From IMG/VR virus record IMGVR_UViG_3300032327_000778: a stretch of DNA of 64,000 bases; one strand, written 5' to 3'. How positions within the stretch are numbered: position 1 is the first letter of the stretch; each line of letters starts with the position of its first letter. A model generated the notes under the pieces. That model ran no database searches and had not been told where the DNA came from. It was given only the letters and a program-made list of their open reading frames with translations. Below, one piece after another: positions 6,091-15,770 of the stretch. Position numbers and translations under genes: made by a program. Source of the DNA: an uncultured virus (IMG/VR IMGVR_UViG_3300032327_000778). Its lineage: Duplodnaviria > Heunggongvirae > Uroviricota > Caudoviricetes.

Positions 6091-6569
6091 ACCTGACCCC
6101 AACCACAGCACCTGCCGAGGTGCTTAATATATCACCAGAAGCGCTGGAAGTGGCTAACTGCTACTTGCAGTGCCAAGACGCACGCGCTGTGGCGGATAAC
6201 CTAGCAATGCCAGTAGAAAGTGTTTCAAACATTTTAGGCCGTAGAGAAGTCAAAGCCTATATTAACCAAGTATTCTTTGACTTAGGGTTTAACAACAGGT
6301 TTAAGATGCGTGCTGCTATGGACGCCGTACTCAAACGTAAATTTCGTGAGATGGAAGAGGCAGATGTTGGCAGCAATAAGGATATTGCTGAACTATTAGC
6401 ACTATCACATAAAATGTCAATGGAATTACTGGACAGAGAAATTCAACTGGAAAAGCTGCGTGCAGAACGCGCTGGACCTAAGTCGCAAGTAAATGTGCAA
6501 ATCAACGAAGGTGGTGATGGAACCAAATACGGAGCATTGATCTCAAAGCTCCTAGGCGATAAACTATAA
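6087..6569 (+). CDS. terS: Terminase small subunit, T5-like
   Basis: ISPEALEVANCYL...GFNNR...DI..LL...HKM...NVQIN; synteny upstream of terL. Confidence 0.8.
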   Translation: MNLTPTTAPAEVLNISPEALEVANCYLQCQDARAVADNLAMPVESVSNILGRREVKAYINQVFFDLGFNNRFKMRAAMDAVLKRKFREMEEADVGSNKDIAELLALSHKMSMELLDREIQLEKLRAERAGPKSQVNVQINEGGDGTKYGALISKLLGDKL

Positions 6570-6579
6570 GGAGTCTATA

Positions 6580-6855
6580 ATGGACGTAGTAAAATTAATA
6601 GGTGAAGTAGGATTCCCAATTGCTGCGGCCATTAGCGCAGGTTATTTTGTATTTTTAACACTAAAGTTCATCTTGGCTGGAGTAACCAGCGGAGTACACA
6701 ATCTTGCACAAATTACACAAAGCCTAGATGCCAGAATAGACACCATGACAGCTCAGCTAGAGCGTATTGATACTCGTGTAAGCTATGCACTAGGCTTAAG
6801 TCCAGACTTTACTAGAATGGCTCGTAGCGAGCTAAAAGATTTAAGGAAAGACTAA
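6580..6855 (+). CDS. Holin-like membrane protein (N-terminal TM + coiled coil)
   Basis: IGEVGFPIAAA TM motif; AAGGAG SD. Confidence 0.65.
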   Translation: MDVVKLIGEVGFPIAAAISAGYFVFLTLKFILAGVTSGVHNLAQITQSLDARIDTMTAQLERIDTRVSYALGLSPDFTRMARSELKDLRKD

Positions 6856-7142
6856 TGGATTCAGTAGAAATTATAAACCGTTATGGGTTTCCTGTATTAG
6901 CTGCCTTAGGTATGAGTTATTTTATTTACTATGTCTGGAACTGGGTAGTTAGTGACATAAAACCTACTATAAGTAAAGCTACTAATATTTTAATTAACTT
7001 AATTGATCGTGTACGTGTTCTAGACAACGACTTGATTCGTTTAAACGAAAAAGTAAATACTGTGCTACAACTACGTGGTAAATTAATTGAACTAGAGCGC
7101 ATAGAAGCTGGTAAAAAGATAAACGGGGAAAATAGTGCTTAA
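6855..7142 (+). CDS. Holin-like membrane protein, paralog of preceding gene
   Basis: INRYGFPVLAA TM motif + coiled coil; TAATG coupling. Confidence 0.65.
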   Translation: MDSVEIINRYGFPVLAALGMSYFIYYVWNWVVSDIKPTISKATNILINLIDRVRVLDNDLIRLNEKVNTVLQLRGKLIELERIEAGKKINGENSA

Positions 7143-8424
7143 AGTAAGCCGAGACGATGTAGACCGCGATGAAATTACTGAGTTTCCTATTGAAACCAGA
7201 TTTATTAAGTTGCCGATTGAAAACTACTTGAAGTTGTTAGGTGCTTGGGACACCATGAATCGTCCACAGATTGCCCTTATCAATGCCATTAACAATCCTA
7301 AGTATAGGTTTGTTTGTGCTGCATTGGCTAGGCGATTGGGCAAAACTTATATTGCCAATATTATTGCACAGCTGGTGTCACTAGTTCCAGGTTGCAATGT
7401 GCTAATTATATCACCTAACTATAACTTGTCTAGTATTTCATTTGAACTGCAACGCAAGTTTATCCGCCATTTTGACTTAGAAGTGGAACGTGATAACTTA
7501 AAAGATAAAGTTGTGGAGTTGTCGAATGGTTCGACTATCCGTATGGGTAGCTTAAGCACAGTGGACTCTACAGTTGGACGCAGCTATCAAATTATCCTAT
7601 TTGACGAGGCTGCACTAGGCGATGATGGTGAATCGGCATTTAATGTGCAACTCCGTCCTACACTAGACCGACCTAATTCAAAAGCTATTTTTATTAGTAC
7701 ACCTCGCGGCCAGCAAAACTGGTTTAGTAGATTTTACCAGCGTGGGTTTAGCAACGACTACCCAGAGTGGTGTAGTATCCAAGCAGACTATACTGAGAAT
7801 AGTCGAATGGCTGAGTCGGATGTGCAGGAAGCACGTCGTTCGATGAGCAAAGCTGAGTTTGAACAAGAATACTTGGCTAGCTTTAATGTGTTTGAGGGTC
7901 AGATCTACAGTTTTAACCGCGAAGTGGGAGTACTAGAATATGAACATCAAGACGGTTGCGAATACATTGCTGGCTGTGATCCCGGCTATCGTGATGCTAC
8001 TGCTTTCGTGGTTATTAGTTATAATCCTGTTAGTGACCAGTTTCATATCGTAGATGAGTACTTGAAAAGTGAGGCTACTACTGACAAGCATGCCACAGCA
8101 TTTCGTGAGTACTTAGACAAGTGGCAGGTAGAAGTGGTGTTTATTGATAGTGCAGCTGCACAATTTGCTGGTGACCTTGCCTATACTTATAACATTTCAA
8201 CTACTAAAGCCAAAAAAGATATACTACCAGGCATTGCTTATGTGCAGACACTAGTAGAAACTGGCAGATTGAAAGTAGCACCACACTGCACAAACGTACT
8301 AGACGTTATGGACCAGTATCGTTGGGATAGTCGTGAAACACTTACCCGCGAAAAACCAGTACATGATAAATTTTCACACATGGCAGATGCAATACGCTAT
8401 GCCTTATATACTTATACCCTATAA
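7135..8424 (+). CDS. terL: Terminase large subunit
   Basis: Walker A ARRLGKT, Walker B IILFDEAA, ISTPRG, nuclease GCDPG and HMADAIRY. Confidence 0.95.
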   Translation: MLKVSRDDVDRDEITEFPIETRFIKLPIENYLKLLGAWDTMNRPQIALINAINNPKYRFVCAALARRLGKTYIANIIAQLVSLVPGCNVLIISPNYNLSSISFELQRKFIRHFDLEVERDNLKDKVVELSNGSTIRMGSLSTVDSTVGRSYQIILFDEAALGDDGESAFNVQLRPTLDRPNSKAIFISTPRGQQNWFSRFYQRGFSNDYPEWCSIQADYTENSRMAESDVQEARRSMSKAEFEQEYLASFNVFEGQIYSFNREVGVLEYEHQDGCEYIAGCDPGYRDATAFVVISYNPVSDQFHIVDEYLKSEATTDKHATAFREYLDKWQVEVVFIDSAAAQFAGDLAYTYNISTTKAKKDILPGIAYVQTLVETGRLKVAPHCTNVLDVMDQYRWDSRETLTREKPVHDKFSHMADAIRYALYTYTL

Positions 8425-8951
8425 TGGCACACCCCCAACAAACCACGTTTATTAAAAATCTAAGTACCTGTTTTCCCCAGTATTTTTCAAGTAGTAGAGT
8501 ATTGGAAATAGGTAGCTTAAATATTAATGGAACAATTCGAGACTATTTTACAAACTGTGACTATACTGGCATAGACGTAGGGTCCGGCCCTGGAGTTGAT
8601 GTAGTTTGTTGCGGTTCTGAATATAAGTCTGAAGTTTTATTTGATATTACAGTAAGCACAGAATGTTTTGAGCACAATCCTCGCTGGCAGGAAACATTTC
8701 AAAATATGATTGATTTGACTATTTCAGGCGGACTTGTTATTGTAACAGTAGCAAGTACAGGCAGACCAGAGCATGGTACTAATCGGACCAGCCCTAGCGA
8801 TAGTCCACATACTTCTGATATAGACTACTATAAAAATCTTACAGTAAAAGATTTTGCAGTTAACTGGAACCTTGAAGAAATTTTTTCTGACTTTAGATTT
8901 GAATACTATTCTGGTGTTAGTGATTTATATTTTTTAGGAACTAAAAAGTAA
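8424..8951 (+). CDS. Class I SAM-dependent methyltransferase
   Basis: VLEIGS, YTGID, FDITVSTECFEH motifs. Confidence 0.85.
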   Translation: MAHPQQTTFIKNLSTCFPQYFSSSRVLEIGSLNINGTIRDYFTNCDYTGIDVGSGPGVDVVCCGSEYKSEVLFDITVSTECFEHNPRWQETFQNMIDLTISGGLVIVTVASTGRPEHGTNRTSPSDSPHTSDIDYYKNLTVKDFAVNWNLEEIFSDFRFEYYSGVSDLYFLGTKK

Positions 8952-8986
8952 TTGGTAGTAAAAACCAGCAATATAAAATTTTCACG

Positions 8987-9015
8987 TTGACCATATGGTG
9001 CCTTTGGTGTACAAT
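8987..9015 (+). promoter_or_regulatory. sigma70 promoter for dps-head operon
   Basis: AAAATTTT upstream, TTGACC-N17-TACAAT. Confidence 0.7.
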
Positions 9016-9045
9016 ATGAAATAATAATACCATAGCGGTGAAAAA

Positions 9046-9486
9046 ATGGACAAAACAGAATACTATCTAGAACTAAAACGAACATTTGCCAGTGAGTTTA
9101 GTTTTTACCTAAAAGCAGCAAATTTTCACTGGAACGTAGAAGGTATGTTGTTTTATCAACATCACGGCTTATTTGAACAAATCTATACAGAAGTGTATGG
9201 TGTAATTGATCAATTTGCAGAAGAACTACGCGCACTACAAATTGTAGCACCTGCTAGTTTATCCCAATTTGCACAGTTGACTTATGTTCAAGATGAGAAT
9301 ATGCCTGGCGACTGGCGTAGTATGCTACAAGAGTTGCTTATGGATAGCGATATGATGGCACTAAAGTTTCAGCAAATGTTTATGGTAGCTGAAGAATTTG
9401 GTGATCATGGACTGTCAAACTTCTTAGCAGATCGTCAAGATGCACACAAAAAGCATTCATGGATGCTACGTAGTTCATTAAAGTAA
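9046..9486 (+). CDS. dps: Dps ferritin-like DNA-protection protein
   Basis: FHWNVEG..F...H..FE..Y.E...ID..AEELR ferroxidase signature; HKKHSWMLRS. Confidence 0.9.
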   Translation: MDKTEYYLELKRTFASEFSFYLKAANFHWNVEGMLFYQHHGLFEQIYTEVYGVIDQFAEELRALQIVAPASLSQFAQLTYVQDENMPGDWRSMLQELLMDSDMMALKFQQMFMVAEEFGDHGLSNFLADRQDAHKKHSWMLRSSLK

Positions 9487-9915
9487 ATGGCAAAAAATAC
9501 AAATAAACGTATACCCGTTAAACACGTTAGAGATAAGGCCAAGTCAGCTTACGAAAAGCAAGATCACTGCTATATCTGTAAAACAAATCAAGACTTGGAA
9601 TTGCACCATCTTCACAGCGTAACACTACTACTAGAACGCTGGTCACAGAAAATGGGATATGATATTTCAACTGATGAGGGAATTTTAGCTGTTAGGGATG
9701 AGTTTATTGATAGCCATCGTCAAGAGTTATATGAGCAGGTTTACACCCTATGTAATCCTCATCATGTAGCGCTTCATGGTGTTTACGGTAAAACTCCTCA
9801 ACCTGGCAGCGAACCCAAGCAGCAGCGTTGGATTGAAATTCAACGTGATAAATTACAGGGTGGCCGTGAGATTCCTAAGCAAAGCTATGGAAGTTTCTTT
9901 AGCGAATTTTGTTAG
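9487..9915 (+). CDS. HNH nicking endonuclease, T5-like (between terL and portal)
   Basis: CYIC...LELHH, TLCNPHH..LH..YG; T5 synteny. Confidence 0.8.
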   Translation: MAKNTNKRIPVKHVRDKAKSAYEKQDHCYICKTNQDLELHHLHSVTLLLERWSQKMGYDISTDEGILAVRDEFIDSHRQELYEQVYTLCNPHHVALHGVYGKTPQPGSEPKQQRWIEIQRDKLQGGREIPKQSYGSFFSEFC

Positions 9916-9923
9916 GAAAACTT

Positions 9924-11111
9924 ATGGGTTTAATTACAGATAGCATGCAATGGATTCGTGAAAAACTGAATCCTGCACAGGCAAGAATTGCACAGCAGGA
10001 AGGTACACACGTTAATACAACTAGCAAGTTGTTGTATAAACAAGCCTTTCAGCAGTTACAGAGTGTAAATCGTAGTGTAAACATGGTAGTAAGCGCGTGC
10101 AGCTCACTAGACTACGATATTAAAGATAAATTATACGAGGGTGCCGTAAACGGTGTTAGGCAAAAGCAGCTAACTACTCTGCTTAATTTTAGACCTAACC
10201 CCTATCAAAGCGCTCAAGAATTTCGTCAAGCAATTTTTACAGACTTGTTATTAGAAGGCAATGTATTTATACATTTTGATGGTACATTTATGTATCACCT
10301 GCCAGCAGAGTATGTAGAAATCTTAACTGATACAAAAACTTTTATTAGTGGTTACCGATACAACGGATACATTGTATTTCCAGAAAATGAAGTATTTCAT
10401 TTCCGCGACCTAAGTTCACGTAGCATCTATCGCGGTGCCAGTAGGCTAGAAGCAGCACAAAATAGTATTAATGTTTTGCAAAGCATGCATCAGTTTCAAG
10501 AACAATTTTTTGATAACGGTGCTGTATTTGGTTTAGTACTTACTAGTGAAAATACACTTTCACAAGTAGCTAAAGAAAAAACTATTCAATACTGGTTGCA
10601 ACGCTACAGCACTAAAAGCGGTGGCAAACGCCCACTAATTTTAGATTCTGGCTTAAAGCCACATCAGATCAGCAATCAAAATTTCAAAGACATGGATTTT
10701 GATCAAGCTATAAAAACACACAACGAACTAATTATGCAATGTGTGGGCGTTCCACCACTACTAGTAGACGGTGGAAACAATGCTAATATTTCGCCAAACT
10801 TACGGTTATTTTATTTAGAAACTGTAATGCCAATTATTCGTAAGTACACCAGTGCGCTAGAACGATTCTTTGGTTATGACGTTGAAGCAATTACTGCAAG
10901 TGTAAGCGCACTACAGCCAGAATTAAAAGATATAGCTAGTTATCATGTATCGTTAGTTAATGGCGGTATTATTACACCAAATGAGGCTAGAGAAGAATTG
11001 CGGTATCAGAAAATTGATGGTCAGGATGAACTACGTATTCCTGCTAACATTGCTGGTAGTGCTGTAGATCCAGCACAGGGCGGTCGCCCCGCCACAAACC
11101 CTAAAGAGTAA
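9924..11111 (+). CDS. Portal protein (HK97-type, T5 pb7-like)
   Basis: EKLNPAQ, LLNFRPNPYQS, GVPP, GIITPNEARE, RIPANIAGSA. Confidence 0.92.
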   Translation: MGLITDSMQWIREKLNPAQARIAQQEGTHVNTTSKLLYKQAFQQLQSVNRSVNMVVSACSSLDYDIKDKLYEGAVNGVRQKQLTTLLNFRPNPYQSAQEFRQAIFTDLLLEGNVFIHFDGTFMYHLPAEYVEILTDTKTFISGYRYNGYIVFPENEVFHFRDLSSRSIYRGASRLEAAQNSINVLQSMHQFQEQFFDNGAVFGLVLTSENTLSQVAKEKTIQYWLQRYSTKSGGKRPLILDSGLKPHQISNQNFKDMDFDQAIKTHNELIMQCVGVPPLLVDGGNNANISPNLRLFYLETVMPIIRKYTSALERFFGYDVEAITASVSALQPELKDIASYHVSLVNGGIITPNEAREELRYQKIDGQDELRIPANIAGSAVDPAQGGRPATNPKE

Positions 11112-11123
11112 CAGGGAGAACAT

Positions 11124-13106
11124 ATGGTAGATAAAAATAAAGTACTTACACTAACGAGTACTTTTACTAAGAGTAATCTACCTACCAAAGATATGAGCAT
11201 TGATTCGATTATGATCGAGGGTTACGCAAGTACTGTCGATACTGATCGTCAAGGTGATATTGTACCAGCCACAGTATGGTCAAAAGGTATACAAAATTAC
11301 TTGAAAAATCCAGTAATTTTGGCTTATCATGATCATAGTGAGCCTGTTGGTAGGATGGTGGATCATAGAGTTGACAGTAAGGGTTTGTGGATTAAAGCAC
11401 GAATTTCTGCAGCTGCAGGTGAAGTCTTTAATCTTATCAAAGACGGTGTACTTACTGCTTTTAGTATAGGTTTTCGTATCGCTGATGCGGAATATAATGC
11501 AGCCAACGAGCTGTTTGTTGTAAAAGATCTGGAACTACATGAGATTTCAGTAGTGTCCGTGCCTGCAAATCAAAACACATTATTTAGTTTGTCTAAGTCG
11601 TTTAATACTGACGAAGAAGTTAAATCTTTCAAACTGCAATTTGCGCCCAAGTTGGAATCAGCTAAAGGGCTAGAGTCCCCTGTGGAAGCAAATAGCGACA
11701 CTACAAAGGAATGGAAAATGGATCCTAAAGATATTGAAAAATTGGTGGCTGAAGCTGCCGAAAAAGCTGCTACCCTAGCAGCAAAACAATTTACTGATGC
11801 TCAAGAAAAAGCTTTGGCTGAAAAAGCTGCTGCTGAAAAAGCTACTGCTGAACTTGACGCTAAAGTTAAAGCCGCTATTGCTAGCGTTCAAACAGTAGAT
11901 ACCGGTGCTGAGCGTCTATTGGCCGAAGTTGAGAAGCGTTTTGCTGCTGAACAAGAAAGCCAAAAAAGCGCAATTGCTGGTCTAGAGTCGGCTCTTAAAG
12001 AAAAAGCTCAAGAACTAGAAGCTATTCAAAAATCGCGTATGCAGTTCTTGGATGGCAAAAACGAAATGGCTTACAGCGACAAAGAAAAGGCAGTCCTACT
12101 AGCTAAAATGTCAAACAAGGGTCTTGAGGACACCAAGTTTGGTCGTGAAATGGTTCAAAAGTACGGTGCACACGTGCCTTCGGCTACTTGGGAACTTGAA
12201 GTTAGCTTTAACATGGAAGCTGAGATTCGTCGTCGTCTAGTGGTTGCTCCACTATTCCGCAACATTCAGATGCAGACCAACGTTATGCGTATTCCTATCA
12301 ACCCAGAAGCAGGTACTGCTCAGTGGATTGATAACAGCAGCTTTGGTGCTTATCCTGCTAACGTTTCAGCAGGTAGTGCTGGTGCAAGTGCTGGTAACAC
12401 AGCTATTCATGCTCTTAAAGAAGTTACTCTTAGTGCATATAAAGTGGCTACTAATGAGTACACCGCTTACGAAGAAGAGGAAGATAGCCTTATTGCTATT
12501 ATGCCTGTGATTCGTGACGGCATGATTCGTCGTGTTGCTCGCTCAGTTGACAAAGCTCTACTACGTGGCGCTGGTGGTTCAGGCGATCCAATTAGTGGTT
12601 TGTCGCTATTGGCTTTCCCAAGCAGCTCGACTGCTTACACAACCAATGCTAACCTAGCAACAGGTGCTAACGTTGCTACGCTACGCACAATGCGTAAGAA
12701 GCTAGGTGTTTGGGGTCTTGATCCTGCAGATGTGGTGTACATTGTTAATACAGCAACGTACTACAACTTGCTTGATGATCCTGTTTTCCAAACAATGAAC
12801 CAAGTTGGGCCTTCGGCTACATTGCTAACAGGTCAAATCGGCCAAATTGGTAACAGCCCGGTTCTAGTTTCTGGTGAACTAGACGGTGCCACAACTACAG
12901 CTGGTTCGGATTATGCATCTACCGCTGGTATTGTTGTAGCTCCAGGCAACTTCCTTATTGGTAGTCAGCGTGGCTTGCGTATTGATACGCAAGAGCTTGT
13001 GGAAACACAGCGCCGCGTTATGGTTGCTAGCCTGCGTACTGGTTTTGTACAAGTTACAAATAATGCTTCGCATGGTCCTGGCGTTTCGCGTCTGGTTGTT
13101 AATTGA
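11124..13106 (+). CDS. Prohead protease fused in frame to HK97-fold major capsid protein (internal capsid start at 11718)
   Basis: IEGYAS..DRQGD, LAYHDH, FSIGF, LHEISVVSVPAN protease motifs; Ala/Glu/Lys delta domain; capsid body. Confidence 0.9.
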   Translation: MVDKNKVLTLTSTFTKSNLPTKDMSIDSIMIEGYASTVDTDRQGDIVPATVWSKGIQNYLKNPVILAYHDHSEPVGRMVDHRVDSKGLWIKARISAAAGEVFNLIKDGVLTAFSIGFRIADAEYNAANELFVVKDLELHEISVVSVPANQNTLFSLSKSFNTDEEVKSFKLQFAPKLESAKGLESPVEANSDTTKEWKMDPKDIEKLVAEAAEKAATLAAKQFTDAQEKALAEKAAAEKATAELDAKVKAAIASVQTVDTGAERLLAEVEKRFAAEQESQKSAIAGLESALKEKAQELEAIQKSRMQFLDGKNEMAYSDKEKAVLLAKMSNKGLEDTKFGREMVQKYGAHVPSATWELEVSFNMEAEIRRRLVVAPLFRNIQMQTNVMRIPINPEAGTAQWIDNSSFGAYPANVSAGSAGASAGNTAIHALKEVTLSAYKVATNEYTAYEEEEDSLIAIMPVIRDGMIRRVARSVDKALLRGAGGSGDPISGLSLLAFPSSSTAYTTNANLATGANVATLRTMRKKLGVWGLDPADVVYIVNTATYYNLLDDPVFQTMNQVGPSATLLTGQIGQIGNSPVLVSGELDGATTTAGSDYASTAGIVVAPGNFLIGSQRGLRIDTQELVETQRRVMVASLRTGFVQVTNNASHGPGVSRLVVN

Positions 13107-13121
13107 TTTTTTAATCAATCT

Positions 13122-13150
13122 AAGACAGGGCTTTCGAGCCCTGTCTTTTA
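13122..13150 (+). terminator. Intrinsic terminator after capsid gene
   Basis: AAGACAGGGCT-TTCG-AGCCCTGTCTTTT. Confidence 0.85.
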
Positions 13151-13193
13151 CATGGGCTTCAAGGAGTCTATGTAAAAGACACAGGGGAAAACA

Positions 13194-13781
13194 ATGGCAT
13201 TAAATTTAATTACATTAGCTGAATATAAAACTTATGCCGGAATTAAAAGTACTAATTACGACAGAGAGATTGCTGGACTAATTCCCCGCGTAAGTGAACT
13301 GGTAAAAAAATACTGCAATAAAACTTTTGTAGACTATGTAGATGCAGATAAAATTGAGTACTTTAATGGTGCTACTAGTTTTGGCGGTAGTGGTCAGTCA
13401 AAATTTATTTTGCAAGAAAGTCCAGTTATTAGTGTTAGCGAGGTTGCGCTAAGCACAGACTACGGACAAAACTATACACCACTAGTACCTTATGTAGACT
13501 GGGTACAAGATGGTGACGAAGTTTTAGCAATTGGCTCACAAGGATTTATTAAGTATATTCGCGGTTATCGTGTTACTTATCGCGCTGGATATGATGATGT
13601 GCCTAGCGATGTTGCACTAGCAATTATGGATTTGATTAGCTACTATCGTCAAAATGATGCAGCAATTCACAGTACAAAAGCACCTGGTACTAATAGCGTG
13701 CAAATTGAGTATATTTCAACTACTCAACTGCCTGCTCATATTAAACGTGTACTAGATTTGTATAAATCGGATTACACATGA
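13194..13781 (+). CDS. Head completion / head-tail adaptor (T5 p144-like)
   Basis: LITLAEYK, V.YRAGY..VP.D..LA, PAHIKRVLDLY; synteny. Confidence 0.8.
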   Translation: MALNLITLAEYKTYAGIKSTNYDREIAGLIPRVSELVKKYCNKTFVDYVDADKIEYFNGATSFGGSGQSKFILQESPVISVSEVALSTDYGQNYTPLVPYVDWVQDGDEVLAIGSQGFIKYIRGYRVTYRAGYDDVPSDVALAIMDLISYYRQNDAAIHSTKAPGTNSVQIEYISTTQLPAHIKRVLDLYKSDYT

Positions 13782-15259
13782 GTATTAAAGACTTTACAGC
13801 AGCTATTCAAAGTGCTGCATATAGAACATGGTTATCTAAACTACAAGATAATATTCTTACTCAAAGTGCTAAAGAGTTACGTAAAAAAGAACAAACTGGT
13901 GCAAAAACCAGTTTTTATGTTACGCAAACACAGATTAGACAAATCTATGAGCGAATAACTGGTAAAGAAATAGATATTGGCACATTAGGCGAAATTTTTA
14001 ATGCTCTGCAAGAAGAAAATGAAAAGATAACTAATCCAGTAAAACGTAGAGAATCTGCTGGACAAGTTATTAATGTAGGAACTGGCGAACAAGCAATATT
14101 TTTTGAATCTATTGGCTTTGACACTATTAGTACTAAGTTTCAAGAAGTATTTGAAGATGATAATGTTAAAGCCGCATATGCAAATGCTACATCAAGAGAA
14201 TATGAGACCCGTAAAGCAGAATTAGAAGCACAATATGGCAAAGGTAGAGTACCTCAATCTCAATTAGACGAGATTAAAAAAGAAGCCGATAGACATGGCA
14301 CTTTTGGTTACTACGTTAATAAAGGTCATGTGATTAGTGTAGCAACTAATTTATTGAAAAAAACCAGAGATGATATTGACAAAGCCGAAGGTTTATCCGC
14401 CAATCAAAAAGAAGCTTTAAAAGCAGCTTTAAAAGCATATATTGCTAAACTCGAAGCAGACGATATTCTTACTAGTAATTTAAAACAAATTGATCAAACT
14501 ATTTATGCTAATTATGTCAAAGATAGTTATGGTAAATACCTAGTAGAATTTCAATTTGGTGTAGAAAATCAGCTTTCAGGGTCAGTAAGTGCTAATATAC
14601 TTCAAGAAATTAAAGATCTGTTTACATTAAAAACAGAAGATGCAGAAGCAGTTATAAAAAACTCACCTATATTAGGACAGGCATTATTAGAAACAGAAGG
14701 ATCTCCTAGTTTTATTCAAATGCTTGCTGATAATTTAACTGATATTATTCAAACTGGTAAAAGTAAGAAAAAAACTTATACTGGTCAAACTGCTGAAGTA
14801 GCTAGAAAATCTACTAAAGTAGTTAAAAGTAATAATAAAGCTAAAATTTCAAAACTTAAAAAAGTGCTTAGTGATATAGAGCAAACGCCTAATAAACCTA
14901 CAATTATTCAAGCTGCACCAATGCAAGCAGCTACAGATTTAACTTCATTATTAGCACTATTCAATGGTAAATTACGAGAAGCTATTGTTAAAAACATGGG
15001 CACTGGCACAAGTACCTCAGTATTAAATTACAGAACAGGTAGATTTGCAAGCAGTGCAAAAATTGAACGACTAACTGAGAGCAGACAAGGTATGATTACC
15101 GCTTTTTATAGTTATATGCGTAATCCATACGGAACTTTTAGTGCAGGTGGTGCTCAGGAAAATCCTAAGAGCAGAGACCCTAAACTGTTGATAGCTAAAT
15201 CAATCAGGGATATTGCAGTAGAAAATATAAAGAATAGATTAAGGGCGGTGAATGTATGA
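13778..15259 (+). CDS. Tail completion protein (T5 p143-like C-terminus, long N-terminal region)
   Basis: LNYRTGRFA...YM..PY..F...RDP..LI..SIR; synteny. Confidence 0.65.
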   Translation: MSIKDFTAAIQSAAYRTWLSKLQDNILTQSAKELRKKEQTGAKTSFYVTQTQIRQIYERITGKEIDIGTLGEIFNALQEENEKITNPVKRRESAGQVINVGTGEQAIFFESIGFDTISTKFQEVFEDDNVKAAYANATSREYETRKAELEAQYGKGRVPQSQLDEIKKEADRHGTFGYYVNKGHVISVATNLLKKTRDDIDKAEGLSANQKEALKAALKAYIAKLEADDILTSNLKQIDQTIYANYVKDSYGKYLVEFQFGVENQLSGSVSANILQEIKDLFTLKTEDAEAVIKNSPILGQALLETEGSPSFIQMLADNLTDIIQTGKSKKKTYTGQTAEVARKSTKVVKSNNKAKISKLKKVLSDIEQTPNKPTIIQAAPMQAATDLTSLLALFNGKLREAIVKNMGTGTSTSVLNYRTGRFASSAKIERLTESRQGMITAFYSYMRNPYGTFSAGGAQENPKSRDPKLLIAKSIRDIAVENIKNRLRAVNV

Positions 15260-15693
15260 GTAAACGAACTAGTATTGTAAAAGCCCTTGTTCAACAGCTT
15301 AACAAGATTAATGGTCAAGCGCCTTATCAAGTTAATATGTTTAAAAATTGTTATGCTAAACTAAAGTTTTGGGACGAGGTAAAAGACTTTCCAAGTATAT
15401 TTGTTACTCCCACCAATGAAATCCGAGAGTATCATCCTGCTGACTTTAAGTGGGGATTTTTAACACTATGCATCCGAGTTTACTGTCACGGTGAAACCAG
15501 CAGTGAACAATTAGAGAAACTACTAGAAGATGTTGAAACTTGTATTGATGCTAATAACCGATTAGTTTACAATACTACAACCGGATATGAAACGACTGAT
15601 ATGTTAATTCAGTCGATTACAACTGATGAGGGGCTATTAGCACCTTATGCAGTTGGAGAAATTATCTTACAAGTCCGTTATCAGATTATGTAA
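15256..15693 (+). CDS. Tail terminator (T5 p142-like)
   Basis: RTSIVKAL, KFWDEV.DFP, SITTDEGLLAPY.VGE. Confidence 0.8.
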   Translation: MSKRTSIVKALVQQLNKINGQAPYQVNMFKNCYAKLKFWDEVKDFPSIFVTPTNEIREYHPADFKWGFLTLCIRVYCHGETSSEQLEKLLEDVETCIDANNRLVYNTTTGYETTDMLIQSITTDEGLLAPYAVGEIILQVRYQIM

Positions 15694-15770
15694 GCAACCA
15701 TGCGGATAGTGCTAGCAACAGATAAAAGTCTAGTTAATGCACTTAGGCATTAAATAAAAAGGAATGAGAG

